Below, piece after piece: positions 13,279 to 27,530 of a DNA stretch of 64,000 bases (positions are counted from its first letter, which is position 1; each line of letters begins with the position of its first letter). Origin of the DNA: Catajapyx aquilonaris (lineage: Eukaryota); assembly GCA_000934665.2 (NCBI GenBank), contig KZ537962.1, forward strand, positions 62,001 through 126,000, written 5' to 3'. The position numbers and the translations under genes are program-made. The notes below the pieces were generated by a model that worked only from the letters and a program-made list of their open reading frames with translations, searched no databases and was not told the DNA's origin.

Positions 13279-15019
13279 TCAGCTGAGTAGTTCCTGCAGG
13301 CTGAGGGGGCAGTCTGGAAAGGTCTGCCTCCTGCAGAGGGAGTTGTTTGATGTGCCATGGGTGCCAAACAGCCACCTTTCTATCCATTTTGCCCTGTGAA
13401 AATGTAAACATACATTTAGAAGTGAAAAGGGTAACAGGGATCATTTCCCCCTTTTGGAGCATGATTCATTTACAGTATGTTTGTGTAGAGTTTAGAGACC
13501 AACAACTCACTGCACTCTGATGGTGTACTATACAACACTCGAATTTTATTGAAATGTTAATTTTGTGATATATCTGTGTAAAATATTTTTGGAAAGGGAA
13601 ACCTTTGGGCTACCTGAAGCAACTTATTGTGTAAGCCTATAACAATATAGTTGCTACATTTTCTTTATTTCTCTACTGAAGAGATAAATGGGAATTCTTC
13701 AAGCGAAATGTCACCACAGCATTCTGGACTGCAATTTGTATTTCTCTTAAATTTTATGACTCGTTGATTGATTATTATGTTGAGTGTCAATCCGGTTGGA
13801 ATCCCACATAATTATTGTAGCTAGCTACAATTATGTGGGAAACCTTTCTAGAATATAAATATTCACTGATGTTAGCTGATAAAAAATCATTAATGCCACT
13901 GCTGTCAAGAAAATGTCCTTCAACATTTTTTAATGTTGAAGGACATAACGACCTGTTGTACAGTGGCCTATTGTATTGCTCAAAAAGATTCATACAATTT
14001 TAATCTTTTTTGAGTGGTACAGTACACACCCGATCTATCATCATACAGTATTCGGTATGCTTGTTTTGTACCATAAAGTACGTATAAGGCCATAAAGTAC
14101 CCATAAAGTAGGTCTTTATGAGATTTTGAGATGCAAGGAATTAGATATTTTTTAAAAAAAAACTGCATATGCATGAAGTTAATGGGGGTATATAACCTTA
14201 GCAGTTCAAGGTCAGGAGTTTCCGTGTGTGAAAGTATCCCTACCGGAAAAGCTTGTCCATGACGTTGCCAAACTTGTATATAACCGGGTATCTGCGGTAC
14301 ACTTCGCACATAATCTGTTCTCTGCACTGAGGGCTCCACTCGTCGAAATGTTCGAGCGCCTCGATCAGGTCAGCCAGGTGGTGACCCGAAGACGAGTTGG
14401 CCATGAGGAGTACAGCCGCCAGACGACCCCCCCTGGCCGTGACCACCTCCGTCGGCGGGTTGGACAGGTACAGGTAAAGCACCACCACGGCCATCCCCAG
14501 GAAGCCCACCACTCCAACCAACAACCCCACAGTCACATAATTATTGAAGATGCTGTCCACCTTCTCTGTAGCCTCGGTGTCACTGGTGCCGCTTGCATCC
14601 GTCTTCTGTGTCGCACCTTCCGTCGCTTCCGGCTTGTAGTAGGCGAATTTGTACTGTACCACTGGCTCCGAAGTGTTCTTGGCCTGTTGGGTGGTGAGGG
14701 TGCTGGCCGTGGTGGACGCCTCTTCCTTCCGCGTCTGGTTCTGCTTGTTGAAGGGGTTGTAGTAGTAGTAGTTGCGGTACACCACGGAGCGACTCTTGAG
14801 GGCATTGGCGTCCAGAGGAGGCCTCGTCAGGGGCCGTCCGTGACGACGTTGCTGATTGTGTTGGCTGTGCTTACGTCGGTACAGGTTGTGATACCAGGTA
14901 CGTCCGCTCCTGGTTCCGTTGTCTCCTATGCCGGCGGAAGATGCCAAGATGCTTAGTAGCCAAATCGCCAGCACTGCGAGCCAGAAGAGCCGTTTCTTGC
15001 CCTTCGCTCCAAACATCAT
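13279..15019 (-). CDS. Gene C: signal peptide + Thr-rich region + TM + DM4/DM12-like Cys domain, ~296 aa
   Basis: Exons 15019-14244 (CAG acceptor directly before the ATG; donor CG|GTAGGG) and 13393-13279 (acceptor TTTTCACAG); 891 nt in frame. Signal LFWLAVLAIWLLSILASSA; TM YVTVGLLVGVVGFLGMAVVVLYLYLS; PQCREQIMCEVY; SLCRRQTFPDCPLSLQELL. An additional internal exon cannot be excluded. Confidence 0.75.
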
Positions 15020-18000
15020 CTGGAATGGACAGTGTAGATATTAAAGCAGATTCCTCAACCTATATTCAGAAAATGCATTTGGCCACAGTCCACTGCCAAT
15101 CAGCTCTTCCGGCAAATTGCCAGCTCCGGTATTGTTGCAGGAAGAGTTCTGATTGACCGTACTCGTTTTCCAACGGTGTGACAAAATATATATTTGGAAA
15201 CAAATTAGTAAATAAATTATATTAGCCAGGACGTCACCTCCAAAGTCGATGTTTTGGATCGTACTGTTGCGTTGCCAATATAAAGTACCGGTTGCTCCAG
15301 ACCACTTCGAATTCCGGTAATCTCCACGGGTCCTATTCGTGGAATAGCTTCGAAGGAACTCCGGACTCGTAGATGTCTCGGGTCTAAATGGACCGGAAAT
15401 TTGTGCAGCTGGAAGTGTCACTAAGGCTAGCTTAAGGGCACGAATAGCGGTTCACAGTGCCAACAGTTTGCGATAAGATTTCTTTGTGCTGCAGAAGACT
15501 CGCTGCAATACGACCGGAATCACCTGTCAAGTTATATAATCACTTTTCGGAAGTGTCAATTAGCCAAATGTTAGACCGAGGCAACACATGCATGTGTATT
15601 ATTCAGACTGTTACATGTGTGTATGCAATTAGTGGACATGTTATGATAATCTGCAGGATTTATGTGCACGGTCTTGATCTAATTGGAGGCTTTACGTGAC
15701 CTGCGTTTTTTTCTTTTCTTTCACCGTGACCTCTGCCTCGATGAATTTGGTTTGGGCTCTTTATGATGAATTCTAAAACGGTACTTTTTGGGGTCCTGGC
15801 ATTCTTTTCGGGATTACTAGGCTTTCAACCTAACAGGCATTTCAGACAGGTCGCACCTTTTCTCGGGACTGTTTTGTTCAAGGCGAACCCTCCTGATAGG
15901 ATCATTTGGGAGGTTGTCACGATTTCTCCTGTTTCGTTGGCATTGTATGGAATTCAGAGATTGCCTTTTTTTGACTGCGACGAGGAAGAGGATTTTTTTA
16001 AATGCACTTTACTAGCATATATCGTGACCACTGCTTTTTTTCCGCCAATGGTTTGATAAGCACGATTTGGCATTTGGGAAACCTGTTTGAAAAACGCAAA
16101 GATGCTTTTTATGCGAATTTGGCCTAACTAATAAAATGTAACAAAAACAGTTTGCTCTATTTACACTGCGATTACCTACCCCATACTCACCTTCGGAATT
16201 AGAATGCAAAGAATTCTTCAAAAGAGTTCAACGCGCTATTCTTCATGCACCTATACATTATACCTTCCTAATTACATAATTACAGCCGGCAATTACGTTA
16301 CCTCCCTGCACTGCAACGGCCGTGAACACGATTACTACCGAGATGGGAAAACATACAATTCCGTGAGATACACCCAGACAATTCCCCATCCCATCATTTA
16401 AAAAAGCCACGCTGCAGGCAACGCAATTTGCGCTGTCAGTCGATGATTAATTGATGTCCCATTACCAACATACCCTCTGATAGCATTATAGTACCTGTTA
16501 GTCCCCCGGATGTGCAGCAGCGCATCAAGTAAAAGCGGCTGCTCATTATATGATCCGAAATAAGAAAGTCAACATGTATGAAGCAATAGGAACAATACAG
16601 TGCATGCATGGTGGAGCTAGGGCGTGGTGTTTTTTTTTTTTTTTTTTTGGGGGGGGGGTAATAGCAGGTGTGGTTGTCTAGATGGGAAGGTAAAGAGGGC
16701 TGTGGAAATGGGAGCGATGCAGAGCGATCTGCTGCCACTGGCATATGAAGCGGTGCAGGGTAAAGGAGGCCAGAGGCGAATTGCGCACCCGATGAAAAAC
16801 CTCACCGACTGCTCCAGAAGCTGGGGCCATCGTGCTTGGTCGTAACTGCTCCGGCCATGCAGGTTGGAGACAAGGATAATCTCGTGACCTTTACCTGTTC
16901 ATCCATTACGACTGTATTAAGAGATATTAAGTATGACCTCTTGACCCGCATTATTAGACGTTTTTAGGTCAAATTATTTTTTTTCCCCATGAGCGAACGT
17001 GGCAGTTCGTCAGTTTTGACCAAAAATAGCGACTTACCTCCTGGGAGCCGTTGCTGTCCAGCTTCACATCCCAATCAGAATAGTGGACACCAGCTGTCCA
17101 TTGCACTCGCGTTACTCAAAAAATTCACAGTGGTCCTAGCAGCAGCAGGTTCCGGCCCGAGGACTCTTCTTCCTTCTCCACCCCCTTCTGATGAGGATTG
17201 AGTCTGAGACGCCGCCAACAGGAACCCATCCTGCTTTTCTGCAAAGTAGGACGGATCAGCCGCACAGGGGCTTCACCCACCTCCTCCTCTTCATTCCCCC
17301 CCTCCTTCTTCTTCAACAACTCCCCACCACCACACACACCACTGTTTCTACCGGTTATGCCGAGTCCCGAGACTGTCTCTTAGGGGCATGGGTGGGGCCA
17401 CTTGCCCTCCTCTAGCTTGGGACTCCCCTATCGCATCGGGGGGGAAATTTTGAAAGGAAAATGAAATGCCAGAAACCCGCTTGGTAGGGACCAATGTGGA
17501 GGACTTCCTGTGCGCGTGCAGGGGCAAACGTGCGGAAATGGTGACCATAAATTAGGTATCGCCTGGTTTCAGCATGCGTACCTTGAATGTCCTTTGCTTA
17601 CAGGAAGCACGCCCAGAATGAGAAGCTGTCACTGGGGTGGAATCAGAAGGAGGAGTTTGCATTGTTATTTTGTATATAGCCGTAAAAAATAACTGGAATG
17701 GAACGCATATGGTGGAATTAACATTGCGGAAATGTAGGTACGGTTTTTGTATTAATTGGGTGATTCCGGATTGGCACTTCCAGGTACAGTGTCATCATTT
17801 GCGGAATTGACTTTCTCCCAGAAGCTGTACAGGTGAGATGGAGGGCAAAGTAGGCGAGAACTGAATCAGTCTGAGGAATTCCCACCCACTCCCACGCATT
17901 TAACCCCTCTTTGATTTGCATAATGATGGTGCAGAGTGCAGTGGGGGATGTCTGGAAATGCCCATTCTTCTCGCGTCCCAATTCCCAAACGGCCTGGAAT

Positions 18001-21000
18001 TCTAGATCGGTTCAAGTCCATCGTATAAGTCGCAATAGTCGACCTCCTACTCAAATATTCCGACACACTCCGCGTGCGAAAATGGCGCAGATATTTCCGC
18101 TCGGAAGGACTCAGCACGGCTGGCCCATTACCCCAATGGCCTCAGCTTCATTAGCGGACACCAGGATCGTTACTATCAGACTCTCGGATATGATCTAAGG
18201 GGACCTGCTAAGATGGCTTGTGCTTGTTCCGGTGAAGCTTATGCAAACCATCCTGATTTCCAAGATAACGGCTCATCACCGTTAATCCAGGAAATGGGAG
18301 GAAGTGAGGCATACTGTCCGATTTTTTTTTCGGCTAGACCTGTGTATCAGGCCGATAGAACAACGGATTGGAAGAGCAGGCTTTTTGGCCAACAAGTCCA
18401 ACTCCTCATCTGCATATCAGTTATGCAGGTGAATGATGCACATTTGCATATGAGCTGTCACTATAAGGGGAACGTATGGTAGGCGTCAGGATCCATGCTG
18501 AACCAAGCTGCATATTGAACAGTTATCAGAACCTATTGTAAAATGACACTGATTTATAGCTACTGTACATCAGTTTACATTGCAATATATAGTCGTTTTA
18601 AAATTCCCCCAGCATTATTTGTGAAATGGATATGGGTCAAGATCTTGGCTGAGAAATTGAACCTGATGTTCTGCAGCAGTAACGAACTATTTGAACTACA
18701 GCTAGCCTGTTGGTGATAAGAGCATGTAGCAAGTATGTGCAACAGCTATGTAAATGGTGGGTGTTTAAATTGCATTTTCTCACAGCAGTGGGTTGTGTGA
18801 CAAGAGACGTTTAAAAGCTTACAAGTTTAGTCACAGGGCATGGTTATGGACATAGCGAAAGGTGAGATAATATCTTGATAATATCTTTGTAATAAAAACC
18901 TCACACTATTTTTATTAAAATGCGCGAATTTTAGGTGATGAAAAATTCAGACATTTCACTTACTCGGGAGTATTATAATAGTAAGTTATGGCGTGGTACC
19001 AAAATATACGCCTGTGGTCATTTATATCTCCGCTTGTAGTATTGTAGTGCTACTGTATAAGCAGGCCACTTTGGTATTATTTTTACAGGGAGATGATTAG
19101 CAATTCGGGGCTCGTACGCAAAACATAACTGTACTGCACGCAGGCCAAGTTCTGGCAACTCCCTTGCAGCAGACGATTCCGTGCCAGGCGCAGATTTTTG
19201 CGAATCCGCCATAATTGTTCGCGAATTGACTCTTGTCTAATTGGCTTGCGTTAAAATTTTTGTTGACGGAACATTAAGTACAAGTCAGTCACGAGCTGGC
19301 GAGCAAGATATCTGGTAGCACGTGGAGAGGAAACTCCGCATGAGTGCGTGCCACTTTGTCTGATGTGGTCAGCAGCCGGGAACTGACCTATAGCTCCGAG
19401 GAGGATCGGGCTGCATGACCACAACTCTTATGCGCACCTGGCAGACTTTAGGGGGACTCTTCTGTGGTGGTGGTGGTGGGGGAAAGGAGGAGAGGAGGGG
19501 CGTTTGGGTGGGGACTTCCTTACATACATTCACATATGGACCCCCAGGCGCACCATACCGGTCACGCATCGTGCCCTACACTCACTACACGGTTACGCGT
19601 GTATACGTACACGTCAGCCACTTCGAATTGGGACGCATTTGGTTATCGTGAGAAACTGTACTCTTCCCAGAGGCGGGACTCTTGTGTTTTTGTTTTCATC
19701 TCTACATGAGAAGAGATGACGTCGTCTGCAGGGTAGCCTAATTATTTAATATGGAAATGTCATGTGCATTCCATGAAATTGTGGAAAGAATTACACAGTT
19801 AACTTATTCACATTTCACGTTGAAGTAATGCAATGTGTAACAACCATATAGGGAAAGTGACTCAATAGGAGGCATGACACTGTACACATGAGTAAGGCTG
19901 CAAATCACTGTTGACTCATTTTAATGTCTCATCCACCCTCCAAAAAATGGCTGATAAATATCATGAGAATTCAAGTTTTTATTTGTACTCGACAATATAT
20001 TATACTGTGTAAGTTATATCCCTGAAGTTGAGATGGTTTTTGCAAATGCTTGAGCGGAATGATGACATCCAAATGACATGTCTGGCGTAATTCAATAAAG
20101 ATTCCAAAGGATGCGTGCAATTATTGTAGTTATTAGTCTGAATTTTGCAGTGACGCTTCATGCTCGTGACCAGCTTAAACATTTTGCTCGAGCTTTACCG
20201 AACATTTCGAGTAATATGAAACTGATTTCACCGTTATTGGGATAAGCGAATTTTTGCTGATATTTGTAGCTGACAGCATGCAAATCGACCTTTAAAACCC
20301 CTGTTGAACTTCATCCTTTCCTTCATAACGGTTCTGAAGTGGGTCACTGTCCACTGGTGCTGCTCCCCCGACTCCAGATTTAGCCCCTTGGATATACTCT
20401 TCCCGTTGATCAATTGGAGTTCTTCGGTTGCCTAATTGGACAGGATGAAAAAAGTCGCTCTCGCCTACACTCACAAATAACCAGCTCAACTGGATTTCAC
20501 ATAAAAATTAAGAATCTGATATGGAATCACACTAAATAGCAACATTCAGCTTGAAGCCGTCTCATCCAGAAAGCATTATTCCCTCGTTTTGTTATTTGTT
20601 ATTTGACAGCTGCTCCTTATAAGTAATCCATTTACAATTTTACATGAACGTTAATAATTCATATCCTCCCATATACCAATCAGCGAATGATTATGTTGTA
20701 TGATCATGTACTTGAAGTTTTGACTCTTTCACTGCAGAGATTAATATGCAAATGTCGTGTTGTTAATCGTTGAAAGGTTTTTTTTTCCATGATCCATGAT
20801 CTTGTGCACTTCATGTGCATTTCGATACGACTGCTTGCTCTCACATGACTTCCACCTACTCCTGTGCCAACCAGCACTGCTTGCACCACCTGTTGCTTCG
20901 GCATGCAACTACCTACAAATGGTTTCGTGTGTATCATGCAGAGGGGAGCACAATTCAGGATTACACAATATTACTGTTCAAGACAGTTTTCTCAAGATGT

Positions 21001-24000
21001 GCATAAAAATTTCACAAACTACAAATTTGCTAAATACGTAATAATTATTTATCATTAAGGTATTATTCATGTACTGTTTCAAACGGTGTTCGAGAAGTGT
21101 CACTTGTAACAATTCGTGAATCTGCGAAATAAAAGAAAGGTTGTATAGCTACTGGAACAGAAAGCTGATAGTGAGCTGGGTATGATTTTAAATATATTAA
21201 ACGCGTAAGAAATGTAAATGTATGCTGTAGTTTTATGCTGCTATTGTAAATAATTTCAAGTGGAAGTATTTTGCATTTTTCTGGTCCTTTACATAATTAT
21301 GTTTACTTATAAGTAAACTTATTTTAAGTGATAGTCACTCCATGAAAAAGATAATGTATTAATGTTTAGAATAACATACACCTACTGGCAGTATTACAAT
21401 ATTTTTACCTCATTTTTAAATGTACAGAACGGCTTGCACCACCACGAGTTCATATTATGCATTGCATAATTTTGCTGAAATATTGTTTTATATACCTAGC
21501 AAACCTTTGTGTTAGTTATTTAAAATGCGCACTATTGAGAAATGGTGTTATTTGGCTTGGGGCGAGTGATGATGGTTGCATTGCTTCAGGATATACGTCC
21601 TGTCGAAACATGTGTTACATAGAGTCCAGTAGGTGGCAGTAAAATATTTTAAGATACTGGCTCACCTATATGGTTTACTGTCATTTTACCGTGAGTATGG
21701 TAAATATATCATTAGTTAGTACTTATCAGTTTGCAATGATAAAATATTAACCACAGCTTTGACGGGTTGGTTTTGTACGTTGGGTTTATACGTATGCTTA
21801 GGGTCACATATTTTGAATGTAGACTTTTTATGTAGGGATCATTAAATAATGAACGAGTTCTCAATGCCATGACTGAATGAAAGGTAGGAAGGAGAAGGAG
21901 ATTATCTCACGCTATATTACGTACATGTAATGTATTGAAGTTTGAACATTTATTGTTATTATTACTGGTAGTACATTTTTATTCTTACTTTGCAATAACC
22001 CATTTTATTGGCCTTTTTTCTACAGCATAATTATATCAATTGTTTTAGTACCTGAATTTATCAAGTGTAAGTGTAACCGAGTCATATCATATCATACCCA
22101 ATGCAAGTGTCCGTAAATTCTTGCACCAGATGGCGTGCTGCAGATTGTATTGCCCTTATTTGGCTTTATTAAGTACACTGTTATTTCATGTGCTCAAATT
22201 GTGTTCACAATTTAAAAATCGTGAAATTTAATCACTAGTAACCGTGATCTTCTGATTGGTGAAGCGCCATGTCGCATATATACTTTTTTCCCTGTTCAGC
22301 AATTAGCACCTGTCAAGACCATCTTAGCGCCACAAACTCCATGATTAATGAACGAATCTCATCCGCCGAAACAGCAACGTAACCTCGAAAAGTCTAAGAA
22401 ATCCTCATCATCATCATCACGTAGACTGAACATGACCCAAACGACCCGATACGTGAGCCAGTTAGCAAAAATTCTAGCCGGGACCTTGCCCTTCCATCGT
22501 CCTGACCCAGAAAGAACTGTTTCTCACCTCTTACGCGGAAGACCTCGAGCTTTAAGGACCTTGGCATTGGGCATTCCACATATCAGCTGACCTCGTTTGA
22601 TACAGGCCTTTGCACGTGTTGTGCATCTGGGATGTTTTGATTGGCTGTTCAAGGAGGGTGGGAGCTGGCCAGAGTTCAGGTCGGTCCGTCCCAGCAACTG
22701 TAATTGTTACCTTTCAAGCAGGTTTGGCCGGATTTTTTCCAGGGGGGTGGGTGGGTGGAAACAGCGGAGTGTCTCCCTACCTGTTCAACCTACAAAAAAA
22801 TGGGAGAGGGGAGGTGTTGACGTGGTCCAGTTGATGGTAACCTGAGGGACTACTTTTTTATTGCATAATTATTCTGGTCGAGTTTGCCCCAGAAACGGGA
22901 GATGCACATTTTTGTAGGTGTGACCATAAGTAATGAGACAGATTGTTTAAATTACAATTGAGGTTTTATTATTGCGTTGTAGAGAAAGGAATAGCAAAAA
23001 AATACTAGAGGAGGTTTTCAGTTCTGTACAAATTTATTTCTGTGGTGGATCACATACTTCACATTGCAGTCACTTTCCAATATCATTCGGCGAGTGTACA
23101 ATAATTGGAGCATCACGAGAAACATCGGTAGTGATCCTATCCGCTAAATAATTATCAGGCACGTGCAAATTCTACATAAATAACCGCTTAATAAATATTA
23201 GGCTGAAAAAGATATTTAAAAAAAAAACAGATAACAAACTGTATTTCAGCAACAACCACACGGGCTTGGAATTGGCCTTGTTACGTAACATACTCTACCC
23301 TGAGAACAGACGTTATTAATAATTATTATAATATAATTACTGAATTAAAAAGGGGGACACGACACAGGAGACGAAGCATAGTTATTCGACATAGGTAAGC
23401 GTCAAGTTCGTCAGTCAGTTAGTCAGGTAGTATACGTCATAGTCTCATGTCGGCATGAAAAAACAACACAAATAGTCATAGGCAAAGTGACTTACTGGCT
23501 TTCAGTAACTGGAATCCGTCGTATGAAAATGAAAGAATCGGTCTGTTTTTTTTAAAGCTGTTGAAAATGTGTACCGTCTGTCACAAAGTTGAGTATAAGC
23601 ACCGTCAGAGGTCAGTGTCCGAGCCCGAAAAAAGGACCCGTTTGAAGTACATAAGGTAGACAAGTATGTGAGTCTCAGTCTCTTCGTAGTGTCCGCCACG
23701 AACCGCAGTCACGTGTGGTTCAAAGTCCGTCGGCATGTCAATCACAAGTCGAGTCATTTGTCAGGTGGAAAAAAAATAGCACGGCCAAATAAATAAAATG
23801 ACAATAAATATTATTTTCTTTGTATGTCCAGCCAGCCTGGAATCCGCGAGATTGGTCATGAAAATTACTAGAACAATATTTTAAAAAAAAACAAAAGAGT
23901 CATCCCTGCATGGAGAACCACCACTAACCGTCCTTTTTCCAGCCAGCAACACTCGCTCCCTTCTCCAACTCTGGCTGGATCCGCAAAATTATGATTTTTT

Positions 24001-24238
24001 TTTTTTTTCATTTAAAATCGTGTGTCCTGTCCATCATTGAGCAAAAGAGGGTTGTTGGGGGAGACTTAAAAAAATGGATAGGGGAAGTCTGTCGGACTGC
24101 CAAGGTTGACGTCAGCAGTGTGTCGTACGCTTCTTTTGGTTGTGAAAGTTGGGGGTGGGGGGGGGGGGGACAGAAAAAGATTGTTGAGGAGAGGTTTGGT
24201 CTGCTTGAGTCGACGGACCAAATTTTTGAATGACCTTC

Positions 24239-25180
24239 TTATTTCCTCAGGTGGTTGTTGGTCTGCTTGTTGTACTTCCGGAACAGCTCCTTGACGGAGA
24301 ATTGGCAGGTGGTGTACATCTCCCCGCAATCCTTCTGCATGCTGCGGCCCTTACGAGCAGCGTCGTTGTATTCGGTCACCAACTGGCGGATTGGATCAGG
24401 CATGCTGACTCCATCGAGGTATTCCAAATAGCTGCAAGTCGCAAGAGGTGTGTTAGCAGAAGTCAGTACGAACTAGAGAGACACTGTATGGGACGTACCT
24501 CATGGCGCGTGCCATCTTGCGTGCGGTGGGTCCCAGTTCGTCTTGGTTCTGGTGCAGCTCGCATACCAGGCGCTTCTGACAGTCCATGCGCTTCAGGTCG
24601 AACTTGCGGTAGATTTCCTCCATCATTGCGATCCAGTCGAGGATCTTCAGGTTGAAGTACGAGTCAGAGTCATCGAGGGACCTGGGGAAGACCAAAAACA
24701 GCTTTTGGTTAGAAAAGAAACTTACTTGTGGAGATGGAACAATGAAACAGTTTGGCCATGACTGTTCTCCAGCGCGATTCACGGTGCAACACACCTGTAC
24801 TGCCCGTAACTATAATATCCTCCTGGGCCATACGTATTTTCTTCCTTAAAAAGTGCTGTGCCTATGGCCGTGGCCGCGAAGAACAGGAAATATAGGGCTA
24901 CTGCTAGAGCACCCAAGAGTAGAACGAAGCCTATTCCGCCCAGAACCAGCGAGACGTTGTGGCTGCTGAAGATGGTGGACAAGGCGTTGTTGGCAGCGTT
25001 GGTGGTGGCACCAATGGCGCTGGCTGCTGACTGACCAGTGGTGACGATCAGGGTTCGGGAGTCCTTCTCTTCCGATGTCAAAGGGTCAACGCGACGTATC
25101 TCCTTATCTTCAGCCACCGATGCTCCAAAAGTCACGCCGAGGATGGCGATCACCACTACCAACAGAGGCTTGAAAGCCAT
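24239..25180 (-). CDS. Gene D: signal peptide + TM + DM4/DM12-like Cys domain, ~253 aa; exons 2-3 are the candidate constant exons
   Basis: Exons 25180-24795, 24681-24499, 24431-24239; 762 nt in frame, phase-2 introns. MAFKPLLVVVIAILGVTFGASVA; TM VSLVLGGIGFVLLLGALAVALYFLFFAA; MDCQKRLVCELHQ; EYNDAARKGRSMQKDCGEMYTTCQFS. TATA-like CATAAAAA at 25271-25264. Confidence 0.9.
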
Positions 25181-26999
25181 GTTCTTCAGCGCTTCCTAGT
25201 CTTCCTTCCGACTCAATTTTTAGCCCCGATGAGTCTGAGCTAACCCTGACCCTTCTCCAGGGGTTTTTATGTCTTTCTTTAGCCCCCCCTCCCCCCATCC
25301 TGAAACCCACCTTTGGGTGGGGGTCCTAAGAGCCACCTCCGCCCTTTCTTCCTCGCCACAATCCCTGACCTCCAAATACCTGCGATCCAATAGGAACCAG
25401 GATAGTTTCCCCTACTTATTAGCCCCTTTTTGAGACCGGACGCCTTATCTCTTGCACACATAACCCACTTAGGTGCTAATAACAAGTTAAAATTGAATCC
25501 CCACCCCCTGTGGACCAATTTTAATTTTTATGCAACTAGACCCATTGTCAGGGGATGTCGCGATGGGGGTCTCTCGAAGTAGACCTACACCCAAATGTCA
25601 CACCCACCTGCAACGACTCAGCCTCCAATAAGGTGGAAGGAAAGCGTATTCATATGCCGGATGCTAATTTCATAGGCATACACCTGTGAGGCCGATACAT
25701 CAGTTTAATGTAACACTATTTGCATTGTCCCCACCACACAAAAAAATGGGAGAAGGGCGTTGGAATGTATATAACTGTCGAGCCTAGTTCGCAATGTCTT
25801 GTCACCCGGAGATCAGTCCACACCCGATAAACGTAAGACACGAAAGCGGAACGGAAGCGGAAATGTCACAAGATCAAAGATGCTGAAAAAGCTACTCATC
25901 TTCGCTTTCGTTTTCGGTGCCCACTTTCGTTCGTAGTGACCGACCTCCTTTCATTGAGCGCGAAAGCTACCGGAGCTATTCACTTTTGCTCATCTCCATC
26001 AGTGTTATCCGCCATACCCTGAAGGAACATCTTGTTCCGAGTTGGTCACGTTTCCTTTTCGAGTATCCTACTGAGGGAAATAGTGGACCTTGAGGAGGTC
26101 AAGGGCGAGCTTGAGATGGTAAACAAGTGTAGCTTTGAGAGAGTGGAGGTACAACTAATGGATTTCTCTGGTTATATGCGGTTAAGTTTCCCTTTCGAGG
26201 GTGTAAGATTTTGATTGAAAAGGAAAATCTAGGCGATGCTTTCCAATAGTGCAAGTGCAAATTAGGAAAGCGGATTTGTAGCCGTAAAAGATGTTGGAAA
26301 CGGCACGCATGACACGACATGTCTTCTTGGAAGCGACAATTAATATTCAAAATAGGGAGGACCTGCTGTGGCTTAAGGAGGTCATAAGGTCTTTGTCCCA
26401 GCAACTGTCAAGACCGGTCTAAAACCCACTTCCCTGTCTACCTATCCCCTCTTTTTTTTCCTGATTCTCTTCCACCTTGAGGCCAAGGCCATGACCGCAA
26501 TCCTCAACCTTCCCCTTCTGCCGGTTTACAAAAAAAGGCAATGGCCCCACCCCCTCCAGGTGAACACAAAAAAACAACCCCCAGTACCTGTCATGAAAAC
26601 TGCCAGAAAGGCACAAATCAACCAAGTAGCAGTTATACAAGTGTTACTTTTCTTACGTAAAAATGGTCGGATAAAAAGGTACCGTTGGATCATCTTTTTC
26701 CTCTCGATCGTGACATGTGTTCGGCGCCATAAATTTTTGCGAACAAAAAAGTAGGAAAGAACGTGTTTGGAACGCCGAAGACACGCGGTAGATAATATTC
26801 CATTGTAACGGGTAAATCTGATGTCGGGCCATTCAGAACGGGGTATTACTAATGAGCTGGTTTAGCATAGCATTAAAAGTGTACCGGCGGGAATCCAAAC
26901 ACCGCGTAGCTTGAGGCGGTATGCGTGAAGATGCTGGTTGGGTTGCCTAACCCGCAGGATGGATGGAGTTTTACCTGTTCCCTTGAGAGCTAGTCTTAC

Positions 27000-27439
27000 C
27001 TCTTGTAGGCCTTGTGGCCATAATCTCCACCAGGAGAATGGTTGTAGAGGTAGCTGAGGTAGACCATGAGAGCCATAGCCGCAAAGATAAACGACATTCC
27101 GACCCCGAGGGAGGAATAATCCATCCCATAACCACCGCCGCCGCCGCCGCCACTAGGAGATTGGTACAAATGGTGCTCCTGGAAGTACTTGTGGTGGACG
27201 CTCCCCCCCTTCTTCTTGCTCCGACCCTCGCCTATCCGGGCCTGCTCCTCCTCGGCCGAGGCCAGGATCTTGCCCAACAGCCCCTGCCGGGGGTTCTCTG
27301 CCCCTTCGCCCTTGCTTCGGCCAGCCTCGTCGGAGGCTACCACCAGCCGGTCCTCCGTGCTGGTGGAGGCGGCCGAGCAGGCCACCACGACGACTAGGAG
27401 TCCCACCGCTCCGGCCAGCCACCAGCCACTCCGACTCAT
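27000..27439 (-). CDS. Exon E: signal peptide + GRSK motifs + His/Gly/Tyr-rich linker + TM; probable alternative first coding exon of the D locus
   Basis: MSRSGWWLAGAVGLLVVVVACSAA...GEGRSKKKGG...LGVGMSFIFAAMALMVYLSYLY...DYGHKAYK, ending in the strong phase-2 donor AG|GTAAGA (26999). A polypyrimidine tract + CAG acceptor lies 48 nt upstream of the ATG (27488). Confidence 0.8.
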
Positions 27440-27530
27440 GGCTTTTTATCTGACTCTACTCTGTGTACACCCTGAACCTCGAGGTTGCTGGAAAGAATAA
27501 AAAGGGAAAAAGCCATTTAGCTAGACCCAC

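Noticed and set aside
14228..14956. 242-aa + strand ORF
   Set aside because: Antisense shadow of gene C's GC-rich exon.
15763..16056. 97-aa ORF with a hydrophobic N-terminus
   Set aside because: T-rich sequence, no family motif and no supporting splice or promoter signals.
20292..20431. Exon-like minus-strand segment (acceptor, then ...EEYIQGAKSG...) faintly like the Y-x2-A-x3-G motif
   Set aside because: It has no cysteines and needs a phase-1 donor, whereas the cluster uses phase 2, which gives an early stop.
24682..24794. Extra GTAAGT donor (24725) inside D's first intron, suggesting a micro-exon
   Set aside because: It would need flanking introns of only ~33 and ~44 nt.
25768..25936. 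+ strand TATATAA, TCAGT, CGGAAG repeats and a short ORF: possible antisense promoter
   Set aside because: TATA-Inr spacing (~45 nt) is off and the ORF is only 18 codons; unsupported without stranded RNA data.
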